A stretch of DNA of 64,000 bases. Source: Trichinella spiralis (taxonomy: Eukaryota). Shown here one piece after another: positions 62,275-64,000 of the stretch. The notes beneath the pieces were generated by a model. The model saw nothing but the letters and a program-made list of their open reading frames with translations, searched no databases and was not told the DNA's origin. How positions within the stretch are numbered: position 1 is the stretch's first letter; every line of letters begins with the position of its first letter. Location: assembly GCF_000181795.1 (NCBI RefSeq), contig NW_003526944.1, forward strand, positions 4,417,293-4,481,292, in the 5' to 3' direction. The translations under genes were made by a program, and so were the position numbers.

Positions 62275-62650
62275 TCTGGATTGGAGCCGAAACAGAGTCC
62301 CAGCACTACGTCCACTGTGAATTTGCATATCTGCCTCTAGGACAGATACGACTTATGAATTCACACAGATGTTGAAATCCCATAGCGGAGTGCAATGCTA
62401 CAGGCTTCAGAGGTGGGACCTTTCCTATAAGAAAATGGACAGAGTCATCTCAAGAAAGTCGATCCAGCCAGCACGGGAACTTGTGCAATGAGACTCAGCC
62501 GTGGGGGCCCCCGTTCAAGGGCAGGGGAGCGAGGGGCGGCGCAGGGGCAGTTGAGCTAGGCTTGACCTTGTTTCCAAGGCGGCAGGCCTCTGGTACCGCA
62601 ACCGGGTGAGGAAGAGGTGAGCTGTGAAAATACGGACTTTCATCATTTGA
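62275..62650 (+). other. GC-rich structured element, copy C (diverged tandem copy of B)
   Basis: Aligns with ~61890-62264. Octamer at 62321. The ggcaggcctc...accgcaaccg motif is shared with copy A. Confidence 0.5.
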
Positions 62651-64000
62651 GACGGTTAGGGTCGCGTCGTGCAGTGTAACCCATCGAACTCCTGCACACC
62701 ACCCTATCTCACATTCCTCCTATCCTTGCACTGCTATTCTCAAACATTTACTTATTCTAATACTCAAACTATAGCAGTGCTACCAACTCACTATGCTCAA
62801 AAATTGTCCTTTGAAATGGTCGACAAATTACTCAACCATTTTCTCTTTCCGCAAATGAACCCTAAACTCAACTCGAAAGGCATGGGACATGAAAACGTTC
62901 AAATGCGGAAAGCCACTCAAATTAATTATAATAATACTCATGATCTACATCCAATTACTCTAATTAACAAACAATCATGCTCGATAACTTACAGCTCGAA
63001 TTTATATAAATTACAGACTCAAGAACTCCTCAGTGAAGTTTAACTAATTAGACTAACTCAAAGAATTATACTTACCTAACTTACCTTTGTCTTTGGGATG
63101 TCTTCTTTTATCTTCAATTCTTCTGTATCTAAATGTAGAAGAATTAATTTAATGAAATAATGTTATAATAAATAAAAAAACAAAGCCATTTTTAATGGTT
63201 TTCTTCGTCTGTCATTGCATTAAAAGCGCCATTGTTCATTCGCCGCACCTCGTTCGCCTACAATCATTTGAAATGAATTTCTAGAGCAACTAATAGTAGC
63301 CACAGGAAAATTTACATAAAGTTCATTCCAATCTACTAATATGTATGAAACGAATACTCATTTTGTTGAACAAATATTATGCAGGTCACGCATAAGCTCA
63401 AAAGCAAACAAATTGAAATTGCATGCTAATTTTAGTTGAAACTGCATCACGCCTTTGTTTCAAAAGATAACATTTTCTATATCTAGGAACATGCCTTCGT
63501 CATTGCATAATGCACAAATGAACTGGGTAAATGTCGTTCAACGCTGCTTTCAGTTTACAAAGTCAACATACATTGTGAATGGTTAATATGAAGGCAATTT
63601 TCAAACGGCCCCTATTTGCATAAATCTCAGACATGGCGCATGCAACGTTAAAAGCCTGCTTAAGTAAGTTGAATATGCTACCAAATGATGAATTTGAACA
63701 TAATGTCAACACAATATAAGCAATAAGTGTGCACACTGTGCCCATTGCTTGCGTTGGTTGCACTCTCTGACACGCAAAGGTAGCTGGATGAAAATGTTGA
63801 TTTATCTAATGTCCTAATGATATAAAACTTCAAAAGCAACATGAAGTGAGAATAAAATTAAATAATTTCTGTATAAAAAATAGTATTTTTTGTTTTCCAT
63901 AATAGAAAACACTATGCTCTTAGTCATATTTGACCATTACAGTAGAGAATGAAATTGAATGCCTTATGCAAATGCAAATTGAATACTTCTAATTGAATTC

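Overview
Eukaryotic, AT-rich, intron-dense draft-assembly window, most consistent with a clade I nematode such as Trichinella (inferred, not proven). The complete gene block at 20.6-48.6 kb contains a YAP/Yorkie orthologue (-), RPL3 (+) with an intronic C/D snoRNA, a small Cys-rich orphan (-), pICln/CLNS1A (+), UQCRB (-), PI4KB (+), POLD3 (+), MFSD1 (+) and a very large quick-to-court-like coiled-coil/GRIP protein (-). Bases 1-12875 are a gapped, nearly identical second copy of 23124-~39270, probably an uncollapsed haplotype. The accessory regions (12.9-20 kb and 50-64 kb) hold tandem orphan membrane-protein genes, Tigger, hAT and BEL transposon relics, and dispersed or tandem repeats. The most notable observations are: a SNORD83-like guide (18S Am468-equivalent) inside RPL3, as in vertebrates; an AG-less in-frame PI4KB intron; a vertebrate-like YAP regulatory architecture; and, at 59.9-62.7 kb, an unexplained GC-rich locus with a hairpin array and three copies of a structurally covarying, G-quadruplex-prone element that may be a new structured-RNA family.
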